From NCBI GenBank assembly GCA_949300425.1, contig CASGED010000007.1, positions 5,471 through 69,470 of the forward strand: a DNA stretch of 64,000 nt, in the 5' to 3' direction. The DNA comes from an uncultured Bacteroides sp. Its GTDB lineage: Bacteria; Bacteroidota; Bacteroidia; Bacteroidales; Bacteroidaceae. Of this stretch, positions 19,447-29,438 are shown piece after piece; the stretch's first letter is position 1, and each line of letters starts with the position of its first letter. The notes beneath the pieces are model-generated. The model worked only from the letters and a program-made list of their open reading frames with translations, had not been told where the DNA came from and made no database searches. A program made the position numbers and the translations under genes.

Positions 19447-21849
19447 CTACGAATATTTCACTCGTTGCCTACGCCCCGCCACCAAAGCCAAGAACAAAAG
19501 CAAAACAAAAGCCACTATGATGGCGGACAATCCGGGAGGCGTTCCGTCGCTACCATAAGCATGCAGACCTGACAAATAATAGTTGACTCCAAAATAAGTC
19601 ATCAAAACGGACGCAAGTGCAAACACGGTCATCACACTGAACGCATAATCCGTGTCGAGCGGACGTATAAAACGGGCGTGGAGAACAAAGACATAGACCA
19701 CCATCGTGATAAGCGCCCATGTCTCTTTAGGATCCCAGCCCCAATAACGTCCCCAAGATTCATTGGCCCATACCGCACCCAAAAATATTCCGATAGTCAG
19801 CAAGAACAGCCCCACGAACAAAGACAGTTCATTTACAAGCCGCAAGCCATGTATTTGAGACTGTAACTTGCGGTTCTTGTCCGCCGCCATCAGACCTAAC
19901 GAAAGCCCGCCCAATAAAAAGCCCATGCCCAAAAAACCGTAACTTGCCGTTATGACAGCCACATGAATCATCAGCCAATAGGACTTGAGCACAGGAACCA
20001 AGGGAGTAATCTCCGGATCCATGAAATTAAGATTGGCCACGAACAGGATAATACCGGAGAAGAATGCGCCTAAAGCCACCGCAACAGAAGAGTGACGCAT
20101 AAAAAGGAGGCCTGCCAAAGTAGTAGCCCAAGCGACAAAAACCATCGACTCATACGCATTGGATAAAGGGGCACGCCCGGCAAGATACCAACGGATGCCA
20201 ATGCCAAACGTCTGAAGCAAAAACAATACAACGATGCTGGCCACCAAAACCAAGATTGTCGGACTCAACCATTTCTTACGATTCAACAAACCATATACGG
20301 AAAAACATAGCAACAATAAACCGACCATCATCCCGCCCATTGCCGTCCATAAGAAAAGACGAGCGTGATTATAAAACAATTCCCACGACACTTGCCTGTC
20401 TGTTAGCAACCCGGCCGTCGCTTTTTTTTGCTGATAGGTGTTCATCATATCGAGAATCTCGTTGGAGGTGGACCAATCGTGCGTATGCAACGCTTCATAC
20501 GATTCCGCCAAGTACCAAGGGAATATTTTGGACACAAACATGGAGTCCTTGCCGGAAAAAACGCTTAAATCATCTCCCGGTGAATACCACTTACCGGAGA
20601 TATCAGAAGGATGCGGAAAGATGGCCCACATTTTTCCCGCCTGCAAAGCATACAGAATGTTCAGTTTTTCATCCAACTTCAGCAAGTCCTTCTCCATGCG
20701 TGAACGCTCGGCCACCGGCCGCGAATAAGCACTATCAACCATTTCCGCCAAAACATATCGGCCTTCCGTGTCGAAAAAGTCATTAAAACGCAAGTATTTG
20801 TCTTTTGGTAATGACACGGCTTTCGTCAATTCCTCGTTGGACTGACGAATGAGGGCGACATTCGACCAATAACCCGGATTGATCAAAAAGCCCAAAATAA
20901 CTTGCTCGGAAGTCAAACCTTCATAAGTCTCCTTTCGGCAGAGCTTACGCAAAAGCTTGGACGCATAGGTATTGACCGGCTCAACACGTCCTGTCGGGCA
21001 CTGAATCTGTAGACGTCCCCACTTGTCAGCCTGCTCTTTCGGAACGGTATTCGCCTGCAGGAACTGTGTTTCATCCCCACTTGCAGCCATCATCCGCAAG
21101 GGCGCGAACAACAACAGGCACACGGCTGAGGCCCTGCCTAAATTCCGCACCAACCAACGGAAACGGGAACCTTTGTCAAGCATTACCCAACAGCAGCCTA
21201 CTAATAAAAGCAAATAACCCACATATGTGATTGCCGTACCCCAATTGTCATGATTGACCGACAATACCGTCCCCTGTTCATCCGGGTCATAAGAAGACTG
21301 ATACAACCGATAGCCTTGCTCGTACACAACCTTGTTCATATAAATATGTACCTGACGCGTTTCACGTTCTCCATGGATTAGGGTAAGCAAACTTTCGTAG
21401 GAAGAAGGGCTACGTGAACCGGGATAGCGCACCAACTTAAAATCGTCCAAACGGATGGAAAAAGGAAGTTGCTTAGTACCGTCAGTCTGCCTTAAGACGG
21501 AAGTGGTTTCGCCTTCACGGATATGGACGATTCCCTCAAATCCGAACAAGTGGGTAACTAACGCCCCCAACAAAATGACAATAAAAGCAGCATGAAGCAC
21601 CAAAGTCCCCCAACGGTGGCGTTGCCAAAGTTTTGTCCGGCAGGCCAACAGGACGAACTGGGAAACCATCAAAGCCTGGAGCAAAAAGAAAAAAGGATGA
21701 TGATATACCCACTCCTTAGCCACCTGGGTACCATAGTTTTTTTCCACAAAAGTGGCCAATGCCAACAGCAGGGCATAAACAGACAGCAACACCAACGTAC
21801 AACGCCAAGACTCAAACGCAGCCAGCACCATAAAGAAACACCTCTTCAT
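19447..21849 (-). CDS. ccsA: Cytochrome c synthase CcsBA fusion (System II; ResB-like + CcsA)
   Basis: ATFVE, LVLHAAFIVILLG, APLSNAYES, LVPVLKSYWLMIHV, WWD domain GAVWANESWGRYWGWDPKETW, GVNYYLSGLHAY. Confidence 0.93.
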   Translation of the reverse strand: MKRCFFMVLAAFESWRCTLVLLSVYALLLALATFVEKNYGTQVAKEWVYHHPFFFLLQALMVSQFVLLACRTKLWQRHRWGTLVLHAAFIVILLGALVTHLFGFEGIVHIREGETTSVLRQTDGTKQLPFSIRLDDFKLVRYPGSRSPSSYESLLTLIHGERETRQVHIYMNKVVYEQGYRLYQSSYDPDEQGTVLSVNHDNWGTAITYVGYLLLLVGCCWVMLDKGSRFRWLVRNLGRASAVCLLLFAPLRMMAASGDETQFLQANTVPKEQADKWGRLQIQCPTGRVEPVNTYASKLLRKLCRKETYEGLTSEQVILGFLINPGYWSNVALIRQSNEELTKAVSLPKDKYLRFNDFFDTEGRYVLAEMVDSAYSRPVAERSRMEKDLLKLDEKLNILYALQAGKMWAIFPHPSDISGKWYSPGDDLSVFSGKDSMFVSKIFPWYLAESYEALHTHDWSTSNEILDMMNTYQQKKATAGLLTDRQVSWELFYNHARLFLWTAMGGMMVGLLLLCFSVYGLLNRKKWLSPTILVLVASIVVLFLLQTFGIGIRWYLAGRAPLSNAYESMVFVAWATTLAGLLFMRHSSVAVALGAFFSGIILFVANLNFMDPEITPLVPVLKSYWLMIHVAVITASYGFLGMGFLLGGLSLGLMAADKNRKLQSQIHGLRLVNELSLFVGLFLLTIGIFLGAVWANESWGRYWGWDPKETWALITMVVYVFVLHARFIRPLDTDYAFSVMTVFALASVLMTYFGVNYYLSGLHAYGSDGTPPGLSAIIVAFVLLLFLALVAGRRQRVKYS

Positions 21850-21880
21850 ACAAGCCTATCCTTTATCACTTCATACTTAT

Positions 21881-22834
21881 TCAATCGTGTACGGAAGGCG
21901 ATGGGTTGGTATTCGCCTCGTACACTTTAAAGTCACCTAAGAACAAGGATTCATCTTTAATGCCATTGTCCGGATAATCTTTACGGCTGGCCATCCGGCG
22001 TCCAAAACTACGATAAATTCCGAACTTGCTGCGAATGTCCACAGCCCCCTCACGCCACATATCTATGTCGGAAAAGGATCTCTCGACAAGAACCTCCCCA
22101 TCGCTCACACGCTCCAACTTGATATAAAAATAGCCATTATGGGTGTAATGCATCACCGTTGTCGCCTGTATCCACTGACCTTCAAAATCCTGTAAAGGTA
22201 AACTGTCGACAATAATCCTTGACCAAGTGTCTTTCCTGTCTCCAGAATGAATTACTTGGAGCCAACGCTCAGAACCATCTGCATTGGCCCTTGGTGTAAT
22301 TGTAAGAATCGGCATTCCATTATTGCCTTCCTGCGCTTTCAGTTGATGGATATGCGTGAAACCAGTAGAAGGACGAAAGCCCGCGGGGATTTTAAACTTC
22401 CACTCCAGACGTTGCCACTCGTCCCAATTACCGTTCATCTGATGGTACCCTTTACGGGTACGGCTCTTCATCTCATTACGCTGACGATCACCATACTTCC
22501 CCCGGTCACCGTCAGTAGCATCAGGACCTGCATGATTCGTAAACTTAAACACATATTGTCCCAACGTTTTATCTTCTATCACCTCGCAATGAACCCCCTC
22601 GGCATGGTCGGCCTCTCCGGCTATATTCGGATGCTCCGAATAATCCCATCCCAATGACCTCATATATTTATTAATGTCTCTCCAATCTTTGCCCACCAAT
22701 GAAGCGTCTGCCTGCATAGAGGCTTGCAATACGTAGTCTTCCGGCTGCGGCATTTCAGAAACTTCCTCTCCACATGCTCCCATCAAAAAGCAACAGAGAG
22801 AAAAAGAACATATCATATAATAAAACTTTTTCAT
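21881..22834 (-). CDS. Lipoprotein, beta-jelly-roll polysaccharide lyase-like (heparin lyase I / PL7-like)
   Basis: Lipobox MGAC; RQRNEMK, FTHIHQLK, SKFGIYR resemble jelly-roll lyase RxE, Q/H and KxGxY motifs. Confidence 0.6.
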   Translation of the reverse strand: MKKFYYMICSFSLCCFLMGACGEEVSEMPQPEDYVLQASMQADASLVGKDWRDINKYMRSLGWDYSEHPNIAGEADHAEGVHCEVIEDKTLGQYVFKFTNHAGPDATDGDRGKYGDRQRNEMKSRTRKGYHQMNGNWDEWQRLEWKFKIPAGFRPSTGFTHIHQLKAQEGNNGMPILTITPRANADGSERWLQVIHSGDRKDTWSRIIVDSLPLQDFEGQWIQATTVMHYTHNGYFYIKLERVSDGEVLVERSFSDIDMWREGAVDIRSKFGIYRSFGRRMASRKDYPDNGIKDESLFLGDFKVYEANTNPSPSVHD

Positions 22835-22840
22835 CCCTTT

Positions 22841-23590
22841 TTAATTTATCATTACTTGCAAAGAACGTAAAAGCGCTCCCAAATCAGTCGGTGTGAGTTG
22901 CTGCGCAGAATCAGATAAAGCCACCTCCGGACAGTTATGCGACTCGACAAACAAACCGTCAAAGCCCAAAGATAAAGCCTTTTCACAAAGTGGAAACAAT
23001 AATCCTCGTTTACCTGCTATATGGCTAGGGTCGCAATAATAGGTCAAATCAGGGAAATAATGACGGAATAGTTCCGCCAACTCCCAAAGCGGTGCATTAC
23101 GATAAGGGGCACTATCTACCACACAAAACCCCCGATGTATCACACGCACATCTTGAATACCGGCATTCTGCAAACGCTCGACAGCCCCTATCCATAGCGC
23201 GATATCCGGACATATCGGATTCTTAATCCACACAGTTACACGGCTTCCCTTCAACGCTTCCGCCAATTCACTCATCATAAATGGATTGGCCGTTGTACGG
23301 GCACCAATCCATACCATATCAATTCCGCTTTTCAGCACAGCTTCTACATGCCGGGGCAAGGCGACTTCGGTCATCACCTTCAACCCCAACTCCCGCTGAA
23401 TCTCGGTCATCCAAGGCAACCCTTTTGCGCCCACCCCCTCAAAACTTCCCCAACGAGAGCGGGGTTTCCACAGGCCAGCCCGGAACATCTGCACGCCTAA
23501 CGCTTTCAGTCCCCAAGCCGTCTCCAGCATCTGAGAACGATTCTCCGCACTACACGGCCCGGCGACCAAACCTATCCTCTTTTTTTCCAT
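22841..23590 (-). CDS. 3-deoxy-7-phosphoheptulonate (DAHP) synthase, type I-beta, catalytic barrel only
   Basis: AGPCSAE, RAGLWKPRS, WIGART, IKNP, HRGF, DPSH, VESH..P..ALSD..QQL; 249 aa with no chorismate mutase domain. Confidence 0.88.
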   Translation of the reverse strand: MEKKRIGLVAGPCSAENRSQMLETAWGLKALGVQMFRAGLWKPRSRWGSFEGVGAKGLPWMTEIQRELGLKVMTEVALPRHVEAVLKSGIDMVWIGARTTANPFMMSELAEALKGSRVTVWIKNPICPDIALWIGAVERLQNAGIQDVRVIHRGFCVVDSAPYRNAPLWELAELFRHYFPDLTYYCDPSHIAGKRGLLFPLCEKALSLGFDGLFVESHNCPEVALSDSAQQLTPTDLGALLRSLQVMIN

Positions 23591-26500
23591 CAGTCTTCTA
23601 TAATAACACGGAAACCTACATTATAAACTTTCTGCCATGGCAAATAAGAACGACGATAATAGGCTGTACAATTCTTCGGATGATCGTTCCACGAACCACC
23701 ACGTACGACCTTCTCTGTTCCAGTTCCTTGTTTTTTCTCATCATACGGATAAGGAAGATAATCGGAACGAGTCCATTCAGCCACATTCCCCTGCATATCA
23801 TACAATCCGAAAGCATTAGCCTGATAAGTACCACCCGCCACTTGCAACATATTTCCGTCGTCTACACTATTTTCCTTGGGTTGGTATGTATAATATTTAT
23901 ACCACGAATCAGTCTCTTTCATTGGCTGAGGATTGACACCACGCACCGCCATTTTATTCAGTTGTTTATCGGCCATATTCTCAAATGAAGCAAAATCGCT
24001 ATTTAGAGTACCGAACCAAAAAGCGTCTTCACTACCTGCCCGACAAGCCCATTCCCACTGAACTTCCGTAGGCAACGTAACCTTGCGTCCCGTCCTTTCA
24101 CTCAACTTCTGACAGAAAGCCATCGCCTCTTCCCAACTGACACGAATAGCCGGTTGCTCCGGATTATTGGCCGGATAACCTTGATGTACATGGTCTTTCC
24201 ACAACTGACGGTTGAAACGGCTATCGTGGTTAGGGAAAATCGCACGAAATTGTTCATTACTTACCTCCATCTCTGCCATCCAAAAGCTTTTCTTCAAAGT
24301 CTGCTTATTGGCCGGTGAATAGTCGGAATAATTGCGGTTGCTCCCCATTACAAAAGAACCAGCCGGAATACGGACAAAATTCATCCGGATGCCCGGAGCC
24401 AATTCAATACTCATTTTCGTTTCACCTTCCTTGGAGACCATAGTCTGCGCCGTAGCCTTGTCAAAAGGCCAGTTCTTTACTTTTACATCTTTAGTCTTAG
24501 GTTCTACAGTCTTAGGCTTGACAGGATCCGGCTTTGGTTGCGCCTTCAAATAATCGGCATACGAACGTATTTCTGCCTGCCAGTCCACCCCGGCACCATT
24601 GGCATATTTGTTGGTCAACTCTATACGGCGGCTGATTTGCTCTACTCCCTTAAAGATATTCGCCTTAAACTTACCATGATACGGAGCGTTGAAATCAATC
24701 CAATTATACAAAGTTTTCCATTCTTTATCGGTCAACTTCACACCATAATGCCCCGTCTTCAACAATTTTACCAACGGACTGACCGAAGCATGATATTCGT
24801 AAGGTTCCAGCACTTCAACTTCAGCCTCAGGACCTTGGCGATATACATAAGGGTGCAGATTCAGATAACTTTTTCCAAAACCGGAAAATTCGTCAATACT
24901 TCCTCCTCTAAAATCCGCCAATCCGTTAGAACCATCGTGACAAGAAACACATGCCCGATCCAAAATAGGTTGCATTTCCAGTTCAAAAGTAAATGAACGC
25001 TGCCCTCCTTCCGGTTTAACTAACTCATGTGGAGCTATCGTCGAAGCAATTACACGCTTAGGAATCGGCAACTGATTTTGGTCTTCATGACAACCGACAC
25101 ACGAAACCGTTTCTCCCGGCATACCAGTCAACCAACTACGCATCCATTGTACCGCACGTCCTTCCGAATCCAACGGTTGCAACGAAATCGGCGTATTGGC
25201 AGGAATCTTAAATATGGCGGACCCATCTTCCTCTACCGGAACGACACCTAACAAACGCTTAATGTCCCAACCGCTTTGAACACCTTGCGCCCAATGGTCG
25301 GAAGGAGTTTTATTGTAAGCATACTCATACGCTAATACGCGAAATGCTTTCACGGTTCCACGCGGTACGCCTTGAAGACCTTCTCCTTCATAAATATCTT
25401 GTATAAAAACGGTGGCTTCTTTGCTGCCCGGCACAATCTTATCCGCTATGACAGGAGGAGTCTGGGTCTTACGGACCGGTATCGGGCAAATCAAACCTTC
25501 CCCTTCAAATTCTGCAATCAAAGTAAGATTGTCAAAAACGTCCACTAAATAAATACCCCACAAAGAATTTTCACTCAATTTGGCAGTAACTAAGAAATAC
25601 TTGTCCGTTAACGGATATGGTTTGATGAATTGAGGCCATACACCATCCACTAAACGGTCTTTCACAATAGGTTCAATCTTCCGGTCACGGAAAGGCATTT
25701 CTTGTAACATGCCATCCACACCCTTTCGGTTCTTCGAAGGATCGAACAATATTAAACGCCCTGAACGAGCCACTCCATGATGCCCCGAAATAATGCCCAC
25801 AAACTTTGATGTCTCTCCAGGTAACGGCTTGGCATCAAATGTACTGTTGGGAAAATACGTGCCGCTACCATATAACGATTTTTGCTCTGTACCATCCGGA
25901 TTCATGTGCATGACTATACGGGAAAAATAGTGTGTCAAGTCCGTATATTCCCAACGTGTGTACATGATTCTACCATTATGTAACACTGTAGGTCCCCAAT
26001 TGGCATCTTGATCAAATGTCAAACGGCGCAATGAACCATCTTTCGGATCATAAAGACACATATTTCCCACTTCGTCATTACCGTTCACACAAGGCACCCC
26101 ATTATAACCGATGTTTGAAACCGCTATAATTTTTCCGGAAGGCAAATAGGTCGCATCGAAAAACTCCAAGTCTTTCTCTGGTATATTTATCAATTTCCGC
26201 AATCCTGTACCATCTGTTTTTACCTCAAAAACTTGCCAACGTCCATCTGTATCTACCATTGAAAACATGATATGCTCTCCGTCCCAATGCAATTTCAAAT
26301 CTGGTACCGAGGAACCATTAGTTGGTTTAAATATCGTCCGCGATTTTAATTCGCCACGAAGATTGGACAACTCCGCAATTTCCGCGTTAAACCCTCTACG
26401 TGACGCTGATGTCTGATTGGACCAATTGTTGTTTTGAGTTCCCAACGCACGAGGATTGACTTGCCTGGCCGTAGTCCCTATCTTATAACGACCAACGATG

Positions 26501-27576
26501 ATTTTGTCTATATCCAACGCCGGATTGGCAAGCAATATTTCCTTCTTCAACCTTAAAGCCTTGTTCGCATCGGCTATCGCCTTCTCTTCATTTTTATAAA
26601 TCCCGGAAAAGCCCGTCTCAAAAAGCTGTTTCAATTCTGCCAACTTAAGTTGCATCGCAGTCTTGTCAAAGCCAGCATCTTGAGCCATATCATTATAAGC
26701 TTCTTCAATAGCTCTCATATTCAACCAACTTAAGGATTCTTGCAACTCACAAACCTTCATCGCCTGTTGAGCCAAATCCAAGAAAGCGATAACTTTCTCA
26801 TCCAATGCGCCGTTCTTGTCAATCCGGGCTATTTGATTCGTAAAATAAGCCTTGTCATTCAGCAAAGACACGACAGAAGTAGCGATGTGTTTCTCTATCG
26901 ATGCGTCATGAGTTGTCACAATAGCCTTCATGTCGCCCCCCGCAAAAGGTAAAAAACGAGCAGACTCAACCGGGAATTTTTTCGTTAATTCATCAGCCTT
27001 CTCTTTACCGGTAATTCCTTGTAAGATGAAAATGACGGTTCCCGCTGAGGAACGATTCTCCAAACCAATCTCCGCCTCAAAGCGGGTATATTTTTTATCT
27101 AACGGCACAACAATCTGCGCATTCGCATTGGCTAATATGGTACGGTCGTATTTTTTTCCTTTCATGGTGACCACTTGGCCTTTAGCGTTCTCATTAAAGC
27201 GCAGCCGTCCGCTTCCACTCTTTTTAAAAGTATCTTTTAAGTCGTTCAACCAAACTGACGAACCATCTGCTGCAATCAATTTGGCATTAGCCCATACAGC
27301 TTGGTCATCACTATTCCCATCTACCGTACCCCATGTATATAATACAATCTCATCTAAGCCTGTCACATCCGCCGAAAAAGGCGTAGCCGCAGTCTTGGCC
27401 TTAATAACTTTAGAAACTACCGGCAAACACGTTTCTTTCAACTCTTGATAGGCCTGTTCCTTAGCAGTTGCTATACTTTCTGCCCATGTTTCCAAACGGT
27501 TGTCCGCGACTTTCTGCTGCGCTTTGGCCATCATCGCAATAACAACACATGCCGACATTAACACCAACTTCTTCAT
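23590..27576 (-). CDS. Exported HzsA-related dihaem-c protein: NPCBM + beta-propeller + HZS-alpha middle domain + 2 CxxCH + FGE-sulfatase-like domain
   Basis: Signal peptide; GKKYDR...LDKKYTRFEAEIGL (NPCBM); GRIMYTRWEY; PVEEDGSAIFKIPANTPISLQPLDSEGRAVQWMRSW...SCVGCH; ACVSCH; LPTEVQWEWACRAG, NAFGLYDMQGNVAEW, RGGSW, VGFRV. Confidence 0.85.
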   Translation of the reverse strand: MKKLVLMSACVVIAMMAKAQQKVADNRLETWAESIATAKEQAYQELKETCLPVVSKVIKAKTAATPFSADVTGLDEIVLYTWGTVDGNSDDQAVWANAKLIAADGSSVWLNDLKDTFKKSGSGRLRFNENAKGQVVTMKGKKYDRTILANANAQIVVPLDKKYTRFEAEIGLENRSSAGTVIFILQGITGKEKADELTKKFPVESARFLPFAGGDMKAIVTTHDASIEKHIATSVVSLLNDKAYFTNQIARIDKNGALDEKVIAFLDLAQQAMKVCELQESLSWLNMRAIEEAYNDMAQDAGFDKTAMQLKLAELKQLFETGFSGIYKNEEKAIADANKALRLKKEILLANPALDIDKIIVGRYKIGTTARQVNPRALGTQNNNWSNQTSASRRGFNAEIAELSNLRGELKSRTIFKPTNGSSVPDLKLHWDGEHIMFSMVDTDGRWQVFEVKTDGTGLRKLINIPEKDLEFFDATYLPSGKIIAVSNIGYNGVPCVNGNDEVGNMCLYDPKDGSLRRLTFDQDANWGPTVLHNGRIMYTRWEYTDLTHYFSRIVMHMNPDGTEQKSLYGSGTYFPNSTFDAKPLPGETSKFVGIISGHHGVARSGRLILFDPSKNRKGVDGMLQEMPFRDRKIEPIVKDRLVDGVWPQFIKPYPLTDKYFLVTAKLSENSLWGIYLVDVFDNLTLIAEFEGEGLICPIPVRKTQTPPVIADKIVPGSKEATVFIQDIYEGEGLQGVPRGTVKAFRVLAYEYAYNKTPSDHWAQGVQSGWDIKRLLGVVPVEEDGSAIFKIPANTPISLQPLDSEGRAVQWMRSWLTGMPGETVSCVGCHEDQNQLPIPKRVIASTIAPHELVKPEGGQRSFTFELEMQPILDRACVSCHDGSNGLADFRGGSIDEFSGFGKSYLNLHPYVYRQGPEAEVEVLEPYEYHASVSPLVKLLKTGHYGVKLTDKEWKTLYNWIDFNAPYHGKFKANIFKGVEQISRRIELTNKYANGAGVDWQAEIRSYADYLKAQPKPDPVKPKTVEPKTKDVKVKNWPFDKATAQTMVSKEGETKMSIELAPGIRMNFVRIPAGSFVMGSNRNYSDYSPANKQTLKKSFWMAEMEVSNEQFRAIFPNHDSRFNRQLWKDHVHQGYPANNPEQPAIRVSWEEAMAFCQKLSERTGRKVTLPTEVQWEWACRAGSEDAFWFGTLNSDFASFENMADKQLNKMAVRGVNPQPMKETDSWYKYYTYQPKENSVDDGNMLQVAGGTYQANAFGLYDMQGNVAEWTRSDYLPYPYDEKKQGTGTEKVVRGGSWNDHPKNCTAYYRRSYLPWQKVYNVGFRVIIED

Positions 27577-27583
27577 AAATCCT

Positions 27584-28495
27584 TTATTTAAAACCTAACT
27601 CCAACCATTTCTGTTTATCTATATAATAAGCCGCGGACACTTTGCCGATATTCTGTTTATCCCGCAAAGACCAGACAACTTTTCCTTCACCATCCAATTC
27701 TATTAATTGAGGCTCGTCAACAACCGCTCCCTTAGTATGACCACCCCAATTACATACCAACAAGTTCCTATTCTGTAACTCTAACACTTGAGCAACAAAC
27801 CAAAACGCCGCTCCCTTCACATCGTTACTCGTTACTTTTCTCACCATTTCTCCAGTCATTCCGTCCATTATCAAATAATAATGGTCGTCTCCACAAGGCA
27901 GTAACCAATTGCCATCAGACAATTCTAACGAAGAAAATACTTTTCCCTCTACCTCATATTCTTTTACTAATACACCATCACGACTGATTTCCATTACCTT
28001 CCGCGCAGACATCAATGGCACTAAATAATTTCCGTTCCTAAGCTGAAAGACTTGCCGAAACTGACTATGAGGCTTTGCGATACCTAAATCAAATGCCATT
28101 CGGTGTGTCTCCTTTCCATTCTTATCCACCTCTATAAACAAAGCGGGATTCCCACAAATCCCCAACAAAGCTCCTCCATCTGATAATAAAGTAGCCGATT
28201 GTAGTTCCTGAGCCTCTGACACTGCATGCTCCCAAACCACCTCGTGATTCCAATTTACGACCTTTGCCCCTTTTTTATAAGAATAAAGTATATTGCCTCC
28301 GGCGGTCAAGGCTACCGTGTTACATTCCTCCCCTTTGTCCAACGCATGCCGCCATTCCACCTTTCCTGTTTGTTTGTCAACAAGCGAAATTACAGGATTG
28401 CCGGAACCGGCAACCAAGATTTTATCTTGAGCTACCAGTTCCTGCACCCCCCACAAAAAAATAACTATAAAACAAATCCAAAATCTCTGCATCAT
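27584..28495 (-). CDS. Exported beta-propeller protein of unknown function
   Basis: Signal peptide; repeated L.NGN.LV and E.D..GKV.W blade motifs. Confidence 0.6.
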   Translation of the reverse strand: MMQRFWICFIVIFLWGVQELVAQDKILVAGSGNPVISLVDKQTGKVEWRHALDKGEECNTVALTAGGNILYSYKKGAKVVNWNHEVVWEHAVSEAQELQSATLLSDGGALLGICGNPALFIEVDKNGKETHRMAFDLGIAKPHSQFRQVFQLRNGNYLVPLMSARKVMEISRDGVLVKEYEVEGKVFSSLELSDGNWLLPCGDDHYYLIMDGMTGEMVRKVTSNDVKGAAFWFVAQVLELQNRNLLVCNWGGHTKGAVVDEPQLIELDGEGKVVWSLRDKQNIGKVSAAYYIDKQKWLELGFK

Positions 28496-28507
28496 TACCT
28501 CTTTAAC

Positions 28508-29383
28508 TTATCTACTCTTCAATTCGTTGAACAGTTCAAAAGCCTGATTGGGAGACATATTGTCATGAACAACAGCCTTCACTGCTTGCAGCATGGCTAC
28601 AGGAGCTTCAGACTGGAACACATTACGTCCCATATCCACACCGGCAGCACCGTCATTAACAGCTTTATAACAAAGTTCAAGAGCTTCCAATTCAGGCAAT
28701 TTTTTACCGCCGGCAATCACGACAGGAACCGGACAAGCCGCCGCAACTTTTTCGAAGCCTTCACAATAATAAGTCTTTACGATATTGGCGCCATTCTCTG
28801 CCGCGATACGTGAAGCCAAACCGAAATAGCGGGCATCGCGTACCATATCTTTGCCTACCGCCGTCACACCCATCACCGGAATGCCATAGCGAGTACCTTT
28901 GTCCACCGCCTTATACAGGTTTGCCACCGTCTTCGCCTCGTGTTCCGCTTCACCGATGGCCAACATCACAGCCATTGCCGAGACATTCAAACGAACCGCA
29001 TCCTCAACGTCTATCAATACATTATCATTCAAGGACGTCAATAATGAAGTTCCTGCGTCCGAACGAAGGCAAATGGGTTTATTAGTCATCGGAGGGACAA
29101 CTGAACGAAGAATTCCCCGTGTACACATCAAACAATCCGCATACTCTATCAACGGTAGAATGTTTAAATCAATACGTTCCAAACCGGAAGTCGGTCCCAT
29201 GATAAATCCGTGGTCGAAAGCTAACATAACGGTCCGTCCTGTTTTCATATTGAATATACGGGACAAACGGTCTTTCATCCCCCATGGAAGGTTCTCCGCC
29301 CCTTTCACAGGAAATTGTTGAGACGCAACATTTACGCCTATTCCATAATTATGTCCTTCTTTTAATCCATCCAAATCTGCCAT
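28508..29383 (-). CDS. lsrF: LsrF-type 3-hydroxy-5-phosphonooxypentane-2,4-dione thiolase / class I aldolase
   Basis: MADLD start, [60 protein letters not shown]. Confidence 0.9.
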   Translation of the reverse strand: MADLDGLKEGHNYGIGVNVASQQFPVKGAENLPWGMKDRLSRIFNMKTGRTVMLAFDHGFIMGPTSGLERIDLNILPLIEYADCLMCTRGILRSVVPPMTNKPICLRSDAGTSLLTSLNDNVLIDVEDAVRLNVSAMAVMLAIGEAEHEAKTVANLYKAVDKGTRYGIPVMGVTAVGKDMVRDARYFGLASRIAAENGANIVKTYYCEGFEKVAAACPVPVVIAGGKKLPELEALELCYKAVNDGAAGVDMGRNVFQSEAPVAMLQAVKAVVHDNMSPNQAFELFNELKSR

Positions 29384-29438
29384 ATTTTTCCTCTTTTTAT
29401 TTTAATCTACTATTTATACATTATTAAACTGCCCAAGA

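Noticed and set aside
23590-24420. Formylglycine-generating enzyme for sulfatase maturation
   Set aside because: The catalytic Cys pair is absent and there is no sulfatase in the window.
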